Notes under the pieces: model-generated
The model's database searches: none
The model's input: only the letters and a program-made list of their open reading frames with translations
What the model was told of the DNA's origin: nothing
Part shown: in pieces, positions 34,086-46,849 of the stretch
Numbering within the stretch: the first letter of the stretch is position 1
Layout of the letters: each line of letters begins with the position of its first letter
Assembly: GCA_958009085.1 (NCBI GenBank)
Contig: OY253668.1
Coordinates: 868,001 to 932,000, forward strand
DNA length: 64,000 nt
DNA from: Protoeuglena noctilucae
Taxonomy: Eukaryota
Direction: 5' to 3'
Position numbers and translations under genes: made by a program

Positions 34086-37000
34086 ATGGACTTTGCTCGC
34101 CCAGCCTCGTGCACATGGAAGGACTCAGAATACCGAGTTTTGCCCGGGGGATCCCTTCCCCTTCGCGACTTTGGCCAGGTCAGAGCCCAGTGGAGCTGCG
34201 TGCGTCCGACCCGAGGACCTGGGACCCTATGCGGCTCGGGACGACGGAAGGGTCTTTGCGTGCGGGGTGGCATGACCGGCGCGGCCATACGGCGCGTCAG
34301 CAAGCATGGGTGGGGGAGGGCACAATACTGTGTTTTTGCGTTGCAGGCCGACAGCCGCGCAGATGGAGGGCTGGCATGTCAATGCTGCGCGTTTCATCCC
34401 TCCGAGCCTGTCCTGGCGCTGGGCATCGACAACACAGGTAATGGGCTTCATGGCTTGCCGAATCGCGTCAGCAGCGTGCAGCGCCAGGCAAGGGCGCTGG
34501 TCGATCGCGATGCCGCTGTTTGGCTGTTTCTTCTCTCAGTCGTGGAGATTGACTCGACAGGCGGAGCGGTCCTGCGCCGGCACGACTTCCCCACCCAGCC
34601 CACGTGGGTGGGCTACATCCACCGCACTTCGTCGGGGTGGACTCCCCATCCGTCGCTGCTGGTCGCGTTCGTCGACTGGTCGTTCAGGCGCGCCGCGTGC
34701 AGCGGCCGTGGCACCCGTGTCCCCCGCTCCTGCGCCCACCGCACCCCCCTCTGCCGGCGCAGGCTCGTGGACGCGTCGACGGGCCCGCATGAGCTCGTGT
34801 GCTCGCCTCGTCGCGACTGGTCCTCAAAGCCCTTCTCCGACCCTCTCGTGTCCGTCTCCGAGACCGCCCCGTTCCTCGTGTACGCCCTCCATGGCCACAC
34901 CGTCCCACGGCTCAAGCGGCTGGTGCCCCTCAGGTCAGCCACCCTGCAAGGGCCCGCTCCACGTGTCGGCTGGGCTCGTTGCTCGCCTAACGTCGCCCGC
35001 ACCCACTCCTCCTCCCACGCCCGACGCAGTGCCCTGGAATTGGAGGCCCGTACGGACTCTCGCCGGGCCCAGCGGCTGATGGCCGAGACGAAGCTGCGCG
35101 TCCCCGCCAAGCGTCCTATTCTTGTGAGCGGCGCTCGTGTGGCCATGGCTGAATCCGTCGCGCCTGCCGTGCGGCGTTGCCCTCCGCGCAACCCCGGTTC
35201 AACGTCCGATTCCCCGCATCCCGTCCAGGGCCTCGCCATCCACCCGGGCACTGGGCGCCACCTCCTCCTCCTGACAACCGACGGCGCCCTCCGCGCCTAC
35301 GACCTCGCGGCCAAGACTTTGGAGCCTGTCGCTTCCCTGGACTTGCCCCCCTCGCCACCTGCTGGAGACGGCGACCCCGCAACCACGCCATGCAACTGCC
35401 TCGCCTTCTGCCCTGTGCCCCTTGGACCGGAAGGGACTTACGTCGCTGCGTGCTGCGTCCCCGGGGCCGCGGTCCTCCTCCTCGCGATCCCCACCCCGGC
35501 CCTGGACGCGCCCGCGACGCCCGCCTCCGCACCATCGGCCCCTCGCGTGCGAGAGATCTCCCAAGTCCAGACCGTGGGGGCCGCCCTTGCTGGGGTCGGG
35601 TTCGCCATGGGGCACACGGGTGCCGTCTGCACCGTGGCCCTCCGCAGCGCGACCTCCTCCCAAGCCGCACTCCTGTCCCTGCCGCTGCGATTCGATAACA
35701 TTGACGGCGTCAACACCGTCCGCGATGTAAGTCAGCGCCTGGTCCCGTTCCCCACCCGTATTGGCCCCCACGACGCCGTGGTCTTCGCTACCGACCCCAA
35801 GCGCCTGGCCGTGGCGCTCGTGGCCTGCCCTCCCCGCGAGAACTGCGTCGGATCACCAGCTGCAATGTTTGGTAAGTGTCGGGAAGGGCCCGCTCGCAGC
35901 CAACATGACAGATTGGAGCTGTCACGGCTAATGGTCCACACCCGGTGCCTTCCAGGGAAGTACGGTCGTCCCCTTGTTCGTGCCAACGGACCCGGGCGCT
36001 GTGATGCGCTGGGTTCCGCCCCGCACGTCGGCCCTATGCTTTGGACCTTCGACCTTATTCCGGCCTGGCGCGCACACTGCGGGTCCCTCTCGGCACTGGT
36101 GGGCAGCCTTCCTAGAACGCTTGCGGCATGGACCTCATCTGAAGCTGGTGAGGGTGCCGCTCGACGGCACAGATTTGTTGGCCCCCCTGGTCGCCATGCC
36201 ATGCCCCACCGGCCCTCTGCACCTGCAGTGGACGTCGGCCACGTCGGAGTGTTTGCTTCTGAGCACACTCTCCTGCAGCACAACCCTGCCACGAGCCATC
36301 CTGACGTTCTGTGCCAGCTGCCCGACAGCAACAGCCAAGGACGGATGCACACGATGGCCCAGGTGGTCGTGTCGCCGCGGTCCCGCGCTGCCCTCGTGTT
36401 CACGGAGCCGTGCGCTGCCCAGGCGAGTGTCAGAGCTGGAGGTGCAAGCCGCCGCGCGCGCAGCATTTACTGTTTTATTTACCGGAGCCGAACGGTGTCT
36501 TACGCACGCAGTCCCTCGCCTCTGCGGGCCAGCTCACGATGGAGTTTTGTGCGCTGCCTTTGTCTGACATGTCCACCCCGAGCTGGTTTGCCCCCGGCGC
36601 ATCGGGGTGTTTCCTCCCGCCCGACGACAACTGGGCGGCCGTCCTGGACGCGTCCCTCGTGCGCGTGTCGCTTCACCGCCGGTCGGACCCCGCCGGTCCC
36701 TTCGCACCCGCTCCGCTCGCGCATTTCTCGCTTCAACAATGCGCCAGCCCGGGGGCCCTGGCGTTCCCTGAGCCGCCCCTGCTGCAGCCGGACCTCATGT
36801 CGGGGCCGCGGTCACGTGGCTCGCGGCTCATGTGGGTGTCGCGGGGGCGGTTTCTCGCGCTGAGCACGGACTTGGCAGACGAGCTGGCGCAGGTGCGGGG
36901 CTGGGAGGAGGGCGCCCCGGAGTACGTGAGCACACGGCTCGGGGTGGATGCAGCGCTGTCGCTGGGCCCTGGAGAGTGGGTGGTGCAGGTTGTGTGGCAG

Positions 37001-39970
37001 GAGCTTGGTTTAGAGAAGGACGACGAGCTATACGCGGAGATCGACGCTCTCCGACGAACAAGTGGGTCCGACAGCGAAGGGGGCAGGGGTGGGGCAGGCG
37101 GCGAGGGCGACAAGGCAGCCGCCCTTCTGGAACCTGACGAGCAAAAGGGCGCAGCACGGGAGGTCGCATGTGTGGCGGCTGTGCTCACGAACGAGGTGAA
37201 CTCATTCTGTCAGCGGATGGGACACTGGCCCGCACCCGATGCAAGTTGGAATTTCAATGCATTCTCAACGTTCACCTCTTCCGCAGCGCGTCGTCATTGT
37301 GGATGACCACCTCCGCCCGCTCTGCAACGTTGCCTTGCAAAGGCACCAAGTTCTCTCCTGCGCTGCCTTGTCTGCGCTTCCCATCTCATCGATCGCGTGG
37401 GCCGGCCCGGTCCTCCTCGCGTCCACTGCAGACGGGCGCGTCCTTCAAATAACCTGGACCGGCCATGTCGTCTCCCTGTGTGGGGCAGCTCGAGCCTCGG
37501 CGGCTCCTGTTCTCCTCGGCGCGACACCCGACCGTTTGCTGCTCATCCGCCACGTCCTACCAATCGCACCAGGCTCGACAAGCGTCGGCCTCGCGGAAAC
37601 TTCCACCGCAGAGTTCGTTTTGGGCACCCCGAGGGGGCACAAAATGCCAAGTGCAGCTTCGCACAATGGTAGGGTAGAGCGAGCAGAGCGGCTGAGCGTC
37701 TGCTTGCCTGGCGTGGCTCGAACGGCTGGACACCAGCGCCACGTGAGGCTGGGTCCGGCGCTTGTGATGGGACTCGCCAGCATGGGACAAGCCTGTGTGG
37801 TGCCAGTGGCACGTGCGAACGTCAGGTGTGTTGCGCAGCCATGCATGCAGCAATAGTGGTCTGCCCACAGCATTTGCTGGGGAGGGCAACCAGGTCTTCA
37901 ATGGAGGCCTCCCTTTTCGTTGCAGGCCCGTGCTCAGGGCTGTCGCCAGTGCGTGGGATGCTGCGTCCGGTGCGACTCCAGACCTGTTGTGGGCTCTGTC
38001 GGACTCTGGTTGCGCTGACCTGGGAGCAAGCATCGCAGGCGCTGCCTTCGATGCCCTTGGGCCTCACGAAAGGCAAGTACTCAGTACTCAACGCATAAGT
38101 GAGGGTGCCGGGGTCCCACGTGACATGGAACTTGAAAAGGTCCTTTTTTTGTTCATCCAGGGCCGTCGCAGGAGCACTCGGCGGCTTGTGGGAGGATGCC
38201 ACGAATGCAGTCCTCGAAGCGCATGCCCGGGCCTTGTCTGCACTTTGCGGTGTGCAAGGGTCGTTGCTCCCCACTCTTCACTACCGGCTGCTCCGTTCTG
38301 CTGGCCTTGGTGCTCTCGGATCATGCAAGTTCCGCCTCGCGCACCAATGTTTCCTGTCGGCAGGGGACCTTGTGGCGGCCGCTGCAGTTGCCGCTTTGCG
38401 GGACGACCGTGCAGGCGTCGCTGCCGCGTTGTCGGACGCACAAGACGTATTCTCGCCGCGAGCCATGTCGGTCGGGGCAGGGCGCGAGCTCCGTGTGGCC
38501 CGCACTGGGCTGCTTGCCGCGCTGTCGGTGGCAAACAAGCGCCGCTTGTCGGTTTCCTCCGCGCCTGGTTCTGGGCTTTTGGATGCCCCCGCTGCGCTTG
38601 CTGAGGACGACGCTGAGCCGCTGGGATCAATGGTAGACTGGGACGCAGTGGTGGTGGATCCCCACCGTGGCCCAACTCCTGCAGGCCTGGCCTCCTTGTG
38701 GGATCTCGCAGCTGCGGGCGCTGTTCCTCAGGCGAGGTGTCTGTCCGCGCGGGACGTGCCGTTGACCGTCATCGGCATGGACGCGGCAGAAATGTCATCA
38801 TATGTTGCTGCAAACCCGGAGTCGGTTTTCGTTTTGGAGGCTGCAACCGCCCCATGCGTCCCTGCACCCTCAAGCCCCCGCTTGCTTTCCGGCAGCCCAC
38901 TCGCGCTAGCGTCCCAAAGACGCTCTTTTCTTCCTGCGCTTTCCACTGCGCGCTCTGGATCCTCAGCGGGCCAAGCGTCCTCTGACACTGGTGATCGGCT
39001 TGATCGCTCCAGGTCCCTTGCTCAAGAGAAGGTGATGCCTTCCATTCAGATGCCAGGCAGGCCTCCGTCGGGTTCTTTTGATCCGTTGCCTTTTGGGATG
39101 GTGGCAAGACCCAGGGGGCCCAACCTTGCAGAGCGACAGTCATGGGAGGGTAGCGAAACAACTGGTGATGAATCCGTGCCAGGGGGGGGCGGGCGCGGTA
39201 GCCTCGTTGCTCGGCAGGGCCAAAGCTGGTCGCAGGTGCCGGGTTCTGCTGCGAAGGGCGCCAGGCTGCCCCTGCCAGACGCGTCCCGCCCACCGCTGCA
39301 TCCGCCACCAGGGGAGTCGGGTGCAGCTCGTCGCACCACAGCTCCGGCGGCTGTCGCGACGCCGGATATTTTGTCGCTCGTGGATGACATTCTGGGGGAC
39401 GCCTCCACCACCATTCGGCCGGCAAATGCACAGCCGCGGCATCCCCTGGGGGCCAGCCAATCCTCTGAGGGTCTGTTCAGCGTTGGATCTGACAGTCTGT
39501 TCGGGCCAGAAGCAAGTGAGAGCCCGCGCGTTCGAGAGATGGCGCTCAGGGGCCGCCAAGCCAAGGGCTTTGGTTTCGCCCAGACTTCCGTGGGCAGCAC
39601 TGCAGACGCTCGCCAGACGACGGGGGCAGCAAGGCAGGGTCCTGCACGCAGCATCAGTGGGATCACGCATCCGGACGCTGCAGCCGCGCAATTCAAGCCG
39701 CAGACGGAGGGCAGCGGCTCTGACAGTGACAGCGATGATGCTGGCAACCGAGGCATTTCGGGGAAACGCATTCAGGCGAGTTTGCGGATGCAAAGGGCGT
39801 GGGTGGGGGCGCAATGTGCTGGACGACAACTTACCTGGCCCCCTATCTGCCGCTTCTCGCAGGTGCGTATCCGGGCACCGGGGGATTCGAGCACCCGCAC
39901 AGACGAGGTAGCACGGAGCCGGCAGCTTCGGTCTATGGTTTCAGTTCTTTCCCCGCCCCCCCCTTCTTGA
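34086..39970 (+). CDS. TWD40-1-like beta-propeller/solenoid subunit of the TSET/TPLATE endocytic adaptor complex; multi-exon, 3' end uncertain
   Basis: From recalled family motifs: AFHPSEPVLAL..VVEID, KRPILGLAIHP...DGALRAYDL, EWVVQVVWQE...AAVLTNERVVIV, ISSIAWAGPVLL...LLGATPDRLLL and a C-terminal KRIQVRIR resemble plant TWD40-1 in the same order. Confidence 0.7.
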
Positions 39971-40373
39971 ACACCAAGCGCCGTGCTACATCAAGCCGGT
40001 CAGACTTTTCAGCTAAGTTCTCTGGCCTCCACCCTTCTCTTGTGCTGTCCGCAAGCGCTCCTCACGCACGCCCCGCACCATGCCTGCAATGCCGCGGACG
40101 AGGTCATGCACCTCTCCAAAGCTAGCCTGAGCTTGTCGGGCAGAATCATCGTAACTCCCACTGCCAAGAGCGGGGCGCTGAGGACGAGGACTCCAGAAGC
40201 TCTGGTCATCCTCAATAACTTTGTCAGGGTAAATCGCGCCGTCATGTGCTCCTTGCGAGGTAGAAGCGCCGCCCTCAGAGCTGGACTCAGCTGCTGCAAA
40301 GCCAAAGAGTTCATCGACTACCTGCAAGCATGAGCCTCCACAACGTGTCTCAGAATGGCAAAGAGCTGCCGAT

Positions 40374-43300
40374 TTAGTGTGGACCGACAGCCCACACACC
40401 ACAACACACCTCTTTCTCCAGCCCGGCGCTGTCAATTACACCTTCCTCCATGGCAAACCTGAGCGGAGACGTGTCCTGAAAAGGGAAGCCTGCCGTTGCC
40501 TCCAGGCCAAGAAGACTCGCTCTCAGCCTGTCGGCCCCTACTGCCCCAGCAACTCCCCGCGCCACGTCAATGTCCTCTGCTGACAAGACGGCGTCGGCTT
40601 CTTCTTCTTCCCCAGTTTTCTCTGAGGGCGGTACGGATCTTGGAGAGCCCATGCCGCGACCAGTGAATGACTCGAACAACCGTGAGACGCGACCCAGCTC
40701 CTCCTCGGTCAAGTCCGCCAGGGGCTCGTTGCCCCCCCTATCGGGCATGGATTCCACATCTCCGCCCCCGTCGCCAGCGACCTCTCGCGCCTGAATCCTC
40801 TCGACCACCTCCCTCAGCCCGTCGACAGCAGCCACAAGACCCTGCAGGTCCTCTGCTACAACGCCTCCTTCCTTCACAGCGCTGCTGGCGCCCTCCCTCT
40901 CCGTCTCAGCTTCGTCTCTGCCGCCCATAGGCCCAGACTTGGGTTCTTCCTCGTCCCACTTGCTTTGCACAGAGTCAATAGCAACGTGCGGGACCACCAT
41001 CACTTGGCAAGCCGCACGTGCCAGAAGGTGCCTTCCAGCGCGTGTCAGCTCGCTGTCCAGGCCGGTGAGCTGCTGTGCAAGCACGTGGAGCGGGTCCTCC
41101 GCCGCGAAAGCTCGGAAGCTCCCACTTGCAGTGAGGTCCTCCACCTCCGCGAGAAAGTCCTCCCACGTCACGAGGAGGGTGTTCATGGCCTGCAGGTGAA
41201 GGACGCAAACAGTTTGCGTATTGTCGTAACCTGGCTCTGTGCGCAATCCCAGAAGATCTTCTCTCGCCTGCTCAAGCAACAGGTCATCTGCTTCCTCGAC
41301 GCCCATCCGTGCGGCACGGCAAAGCACGTCCCAACGGTCCTCGAAGACGGACACGCACACGTGCCCAAGGAAGTCGCGGAGGCGGCCTGCAAGGGTGGCG
41401 TGACGGCCGTGCAACTGTGGACGTTCGAAGAACAGCGACGATGGGCCGGGGAGTGGAAGGACCTCGTCCTTTGAACCTCGTGGGGCGCGCATGAGGCGCG
41501 CCAGGATATGGAGAGGTGCCTTGGGGGTGTGACGCGCGTGGTCGTGACGGGAAGCAAAGAGTTCGGCGTTTGCGATCTGCATGGGAAGGCCAATGCGCGT
41601 GTGACCCAACTCCCTCCGCAAGGCTGCTGGCATGCACCTATGACTGAGATAGCCTACCGTGCGCGTGAAGAACGTGCCCATGGGAAGACTTGGCTCGGAA
41701 CCCCTGCGCTCCAGCGTCTTCAAAATCTTGCGGAGGCCGTCCACGTGCAGCTGGGGAACCATCGATACAATGCCCATCATGTCGCGGTTCCCTCCGTAGC
41801 CATCTCCATCCGGGACCGCAGCACGAACCACTGCTCATGGGACAGGCCGAGAAACACCGATAAGTCGCACACGTTTGATGGCGCGTCATTTGCAGCTGCC
41901 GGCTGCGCGTCATACCTGTATGTAGCCAGCCTTCTGGACCCCACGCATCGCAAGCTCCGAGAACAAGGACATCCGCGGCCCCGTCTCTGTAAGCACCCTC
42001 GTCTCGCGTGCAGCGCCCTTCTTGAAGCCTCCGGCACACCTCCGGGCTGGACACCATCTCCAGCTCGCGCAACACGGTGGAGAGCGTCGGCAAATCCCAT
42101 GAAGATGGTGACTTGTTGGGAGGGCAGCAGCGAGAAACGGCATCGTCCACGTATGACTGGGGTCACAGAACAGAGAACATAACCCATAGCAACGCGCTCA
42201 TGGCCCAGCGCTCCTGATGTGTGTGCTGTGCATGCGGCGCACCTGAATGCAGGCATGAATGTATGCCCGGACCTGCTCCGGCCCGCCATCGTTCCCCGCA
42301 GCGCCCTGCAACGCTGCCGCAAGCGCGTAATGCTTGTCTCGAAACACCTCGAGCACTGCATCTTCGGCCAGGTTCTTCGCACGGACCTGCCTGGCCATGG
42401 CACCGGCCGTCTCGCGGAAACCCGCCAAGGTGTTGTTCAGGGCCTCGACAACCGCCGGGTCCACGAGACCAGTGGCGTCACTCCCCGTAAACCACGCCAG
42501 CGCCCCACGGTCGAGCTGGGCAAACTCCCGCAAGAAGGGGTCGTCGATGGCCAGGGCTCGCACTGTGTCGCCGGGATCACCCTGCCGCCCAGCACGGCCC
42601 AGTAGCTGCAACTCGACGCGGCGGCTGCGCTCCACGTTGGCCGAGATGACTAGCAGACCTCCCAAGGCCCGCACCCTCTCCCCATCATCGGTGCATGCCA
42701 CTTCGTACAGAATCTGCGCGTCACGGCCAGCACATTTCTCTGGGTCAAACTGAACGTCCGAAAGGATCCAACCCTCCGCACTGCGGTGATCCCTGGCTTG
42801 CCTGCAAGCAAAGGGATGCCCGCGCCATGGACTCCACCAAAGTTCGCTCTGTCCGGGTCAGACGCTGCTCTTGGAGCGCTTTCGAGACGCGGCGCAGAAT
42901 TTCCCAAGGAGTCGCCATCCTCTTAGTCTCTTCGTCTCTCTCGACCTCGACGTCAAACGCATCCGCCCCCTCGACCCCAGCAGCACCCGTCCCCGTCACT
43001 CTCGCGGCCACGCGCCCCCAGATTTCCGGCCAACACTCGGGCACCAAAAAAGCTTCCAACTCCGAGAGCACATGCACGCCGGGAACGCGGCGTCTCATGC
43101 GCAGGCGCTGCTCCCTCTCCGCCATCACCTGCGCAACACCGCCGGAAAGCCGTGTTGGACCTGTGTGGCATGTCTGGCCTGATGCCCACCGAAAGTGCTT
43201 TCACCGGATACACTCACCTCCCTGCGGACCTCAGCAGCCACGCGAAGAGCCATTTCGTGTAGGCGGCCTACTTCCTCGGCGGTCGGAACCCCGGCGCCCA

Positions 43301-46300
43301 GCGTTGCCGGGACATCGAGCTGGTGCAGCATCGCCTCTATGGCCTCACGTGCTTCCACGTCCACCGCACGCACCCAGGCAATGTCCCCGACTCCTGCAGT
43401 GGGCTCCCTTCCAGGGGCAAACGTGTGCATCAACAGCTCCTCGGTTGCTGCACGGGACACTGTGCGATGCATCTCCTCCCTCGCGCCTCCAAGCGAGGAC
43501 TTGACGGCCTTGAGATACGCCTCCCGGTCCATCAAACCCAAAATTTTCTGCGAGATACCCAAGAACTTCCAGAGTAAAAGAGTAAGAGACGCGTGGTACA
43601 CGCGCTAGCTGATGCACTGCCTAAGGCGCACTTGCAGCACGCTTCACCTCGCCCGCGTGGCCCAGGACGCCCTTCACCAGGGAAGTAATTGCGAGAGCTG
43701 ATAGAAGCGCTGGGTTGCCCCCGAGCAGGATGTCCGTGCCCCGGCCAGCCATGTTCGTGGCGATAGTGACGGAGCCCGGCCGCCCAGCCTGCGCCACCAC
43801 TGAGGCCTCCACGGCAGCGAGCTCGGGGCGCGCGTTGAGCACCTTGTGATCAATGCCACGCTGGAGCAACACATGGCTGAGAGCCTCGCTCTGCTCTATC
43901 GAGCCTGTGCCGATCTGCAGAAAGGGGAGCGCGGCTGGCATAGCTCAGCCAACGGCCAACAATACACCGTGCGGGGCGGCAAGCAGCCGGCGCCCCACCA
44001 GGATGGGCCGGCGCGCATGGTTCGCGTCTCCCTCGCCCACGTCCTCCTCCCACACGCGCCAAATCAAATCGGCCTGCAGAGAAAACATGCCCCTCGTGCC
44101 CCGTCGCTTCAATCACCTACCGGTCCCCTCCAGCTGCCATCTCCTCAAGCACTTACCACAAACATGTTGCGCGCATCCTGATTGACGAACCAAAAGGGCG
44201 TGAGGTCCCCGCGCCTGCTCTGCTTGTTCGGGGGCACCGCCACCACGGGGAGGCGGTAGACGTCCCAGAACTCCTCTTGCTCCGTCATCGCTGTCCCTGT
44301 CATGCCCGCCAGGCGATCGTAATATCGGAAGAGCGTCTGGTAGGTGCACGTCGCGATCGTGGCGTACTCGGCCTGGCGATCGAGACCCTCCACCGCCTGC
44401 AAGCGGCGCCAGCCGTCGAATCGTCCGTCTCGTATCAGCCAAACATGAAAACATAGTCACGCTGGCAATAAGTCGCATGTTTCTTCCAGGAACGCACCTC
44501 GATTGCCGTGTGCAGACTCTGGCGTAGCCGCGTCTGTTCCTGGCGCCGACCTGTCAGCTGGTCCACCAGCACCACCTTCCCGTCCATCACCGTGTAGTCC
44601 ACGTCTGCGGTTCGCCACGGTGGCCAGGAAGATTGCGAGCGAATGCATCAGGGTCAGATCCTCACCCCCGGATGAACAGCCTCTGCTCTGCGGCAAGCAT
44701 GGCTGGAGATCCCACCTCGACGGTAGGCGTGGAGGGCAGTGAGCACTGCCACGATGTAGGGCCCGAGAATAACGTCAGAGGCCTCTGGGGTGTCGATGCC
44801 CTCCCAAATCTTGACCCCGAGCTCACGCTCGCACGCAAGCGTCCCCATCTCCGTCAGACTGTGGGTAGGGAAGGCTAACCATCGAAGTTCAGAAGTGAGG
44901 GGCACATCGGCTCCGTCCCTCCATGCCATCCCTCACAGCTCGGCCTGCCTCGCACCATGCGGACTTGAACAGCTCCTCCACGACAAAGTGCAGGCCGGGC
45001 TGCAGCTCTCGCGCGGCACGTAAAGCCATGTCGAACGCCGCGTTGTTGGGCACCGGGGATCTGCACGCAATATTCGCCGGTGGTGTCGGGCCGTTGAACA
45101 CAGGACGCTGCGGGCCGGCTCATACGGGGCTAGTGGCGCATTTGCCCAGCGCCGCACCTGGGGCTGCTGATGATGAGTGGCTGGGAAGCAAGATCGATGA
45201 GCACCGAGTCCACCTCGTCGATGATGGCGAAGTGGGGACTTCGCGAGTTGACGTTGCCAAAGCGATTGACGGCGATGCGGGATCGCAGGAAGTCAAAGGC
45301 AAGGCCTTGCGCTGCGACCAGGCAGGACGGATCGGTCTCGCGAAACACAAGGCAAGGGAACGGCGAGCTGGCGAACGCTGGGTTCCGACCCCGACCGACC
45401 TGTGGCGTAAACGACGTCTCGCCCGTACACCTCCTGCTTCTCCGCGCTGGTCATGCTCTCCGTGACACACCCGACCGTCAGTCCGAGAAACTTGAATATC
45501 TTGCCCATCGTGTGAGCGTCTCGCTCCGCCAGGTACTCGTTCACTGCAGCCGCGGACATGGGCCCCGTCAGTGCCGGTGCCGCGGCCGGCAGCCATGGGC
45601 CCTGGGCCCGGCGAGGGTGCGCGCCACCCACCCGTGACGACATGCACACCGCGGCCTGACAGGGCGTTGAGATAGGCAGGACAGGTCGCCAACAGGGTTT
45701 TGCCCTCCCCCGTGCCCATCTCGACCACCAAGCCCCGGTGGAGTGCGACCCCGCCGGCGAGCTGCACGCGATAATGGGACATGCCAAGAATCCTGCGAGA
45801 CACCTGCGACGGACAAGGACAAAGAGGGGCCCTCTTCCTTGGGGCTGACGCAGGCAAATGGCGCGCATTTAGAGCCATGTACGCAGTGGCTGGCACGAGG
45901 CTAAGGCACGTGCTTGGCCGACTGCGGGCGAGCAACACATCATTCGCAACATGTCCGTCACCTCTCGCACCACCGCAAACGCCTCCACGAGGACCCGGTC
46001 GAGCTCCCATCCGTCCCGGAGGCGCTGCCGAAACATGTCCGTTTTCGCGCGAAGCTCCGCGTCGCTCAGCACCTGCACCTGCTGCTCCAGCTCCAGCACA
46101 TCGTCTGCCGTCGCAAGGCACTCGCGGATGGTCCTCTCGTACTCCTGCAGGTTGGGGAGGCTCAGACACTGAGCAGGTCCAGGCCCGCAAAAGCGCATCT
46201 GGACGCGCGGCATCCCGCGGCGTACTGGCACCGCACCCGAGGCCTTTCGCAGAGTTTCCTCTTGTCCGCGATCCACTGCTCGACCCAGGGCTCTTCACGT

Positions 46301-46542
46301 TTGCGCCGCGGCCGTCCCGGATGATGTCGCGCAGAGGCGTGCAACGCCAGCGACGGTGTCCCGTCCAGCGTGGAGTCGCCAGGGACCGACGTAGCGCCAC
46401 GACGGGCGCAATGGCCCGCGCGCCACCTCCACGACCCTGCCGGCCTCGGCGCACGTTCCAGCAGCCGGCAGCCGGGCCGATGGGCGGGGCCGATGCCAGC
46501 ACGATGTGGCCATTGAGGAGCCCAGACTCGCGCTGCGGACAT
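40374..46542 (-). CDS. SECA: Plastid preprotein translocase ATPase SecA, divergent and long (SECA2-like); multi-exon
   Basis: [92 protein letters not shown] and [13 protein letters not shown], followed by a long non-SecA C-terminal exon (40374-41831). Assignment to the SECA2 paralogue is an inference. Confidence 0.88.
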
Positions 46543-46849
46543 GGCTGTGGGGAAACAGCTGCGCGTGGCCCGAGGAGGCCTCAGAAGGCGGGGGGTGCCC
46601 GGCGCAGCGTTGCCATGCAGCGGGTGTCGACGCTTGTGCACAAGGGCAGGTACGAGAAGTCAGCGCTGATTCCGAAAGGCCTGGAGGAAGAGGCGCCTCG
46701 AAATGCCAGGAGGGCACGGCCGTCAGACAATGGGCAGCCGTGCAAGGCACCGCCTGGCTCGATTCGCACATGTACAGATCAGGTCAACGACCTGGAGGGA
46801 CCATCGCATCGCATCGCATCGCCCGATCCTAGCTACACGTCTGGGCGTC

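Noticed and set aside
46802..46821. (CATCG)4 between the divergent SecA and photolyase-like genes
   Set aside because: A short microsatellite with no evidence of regulatory function.
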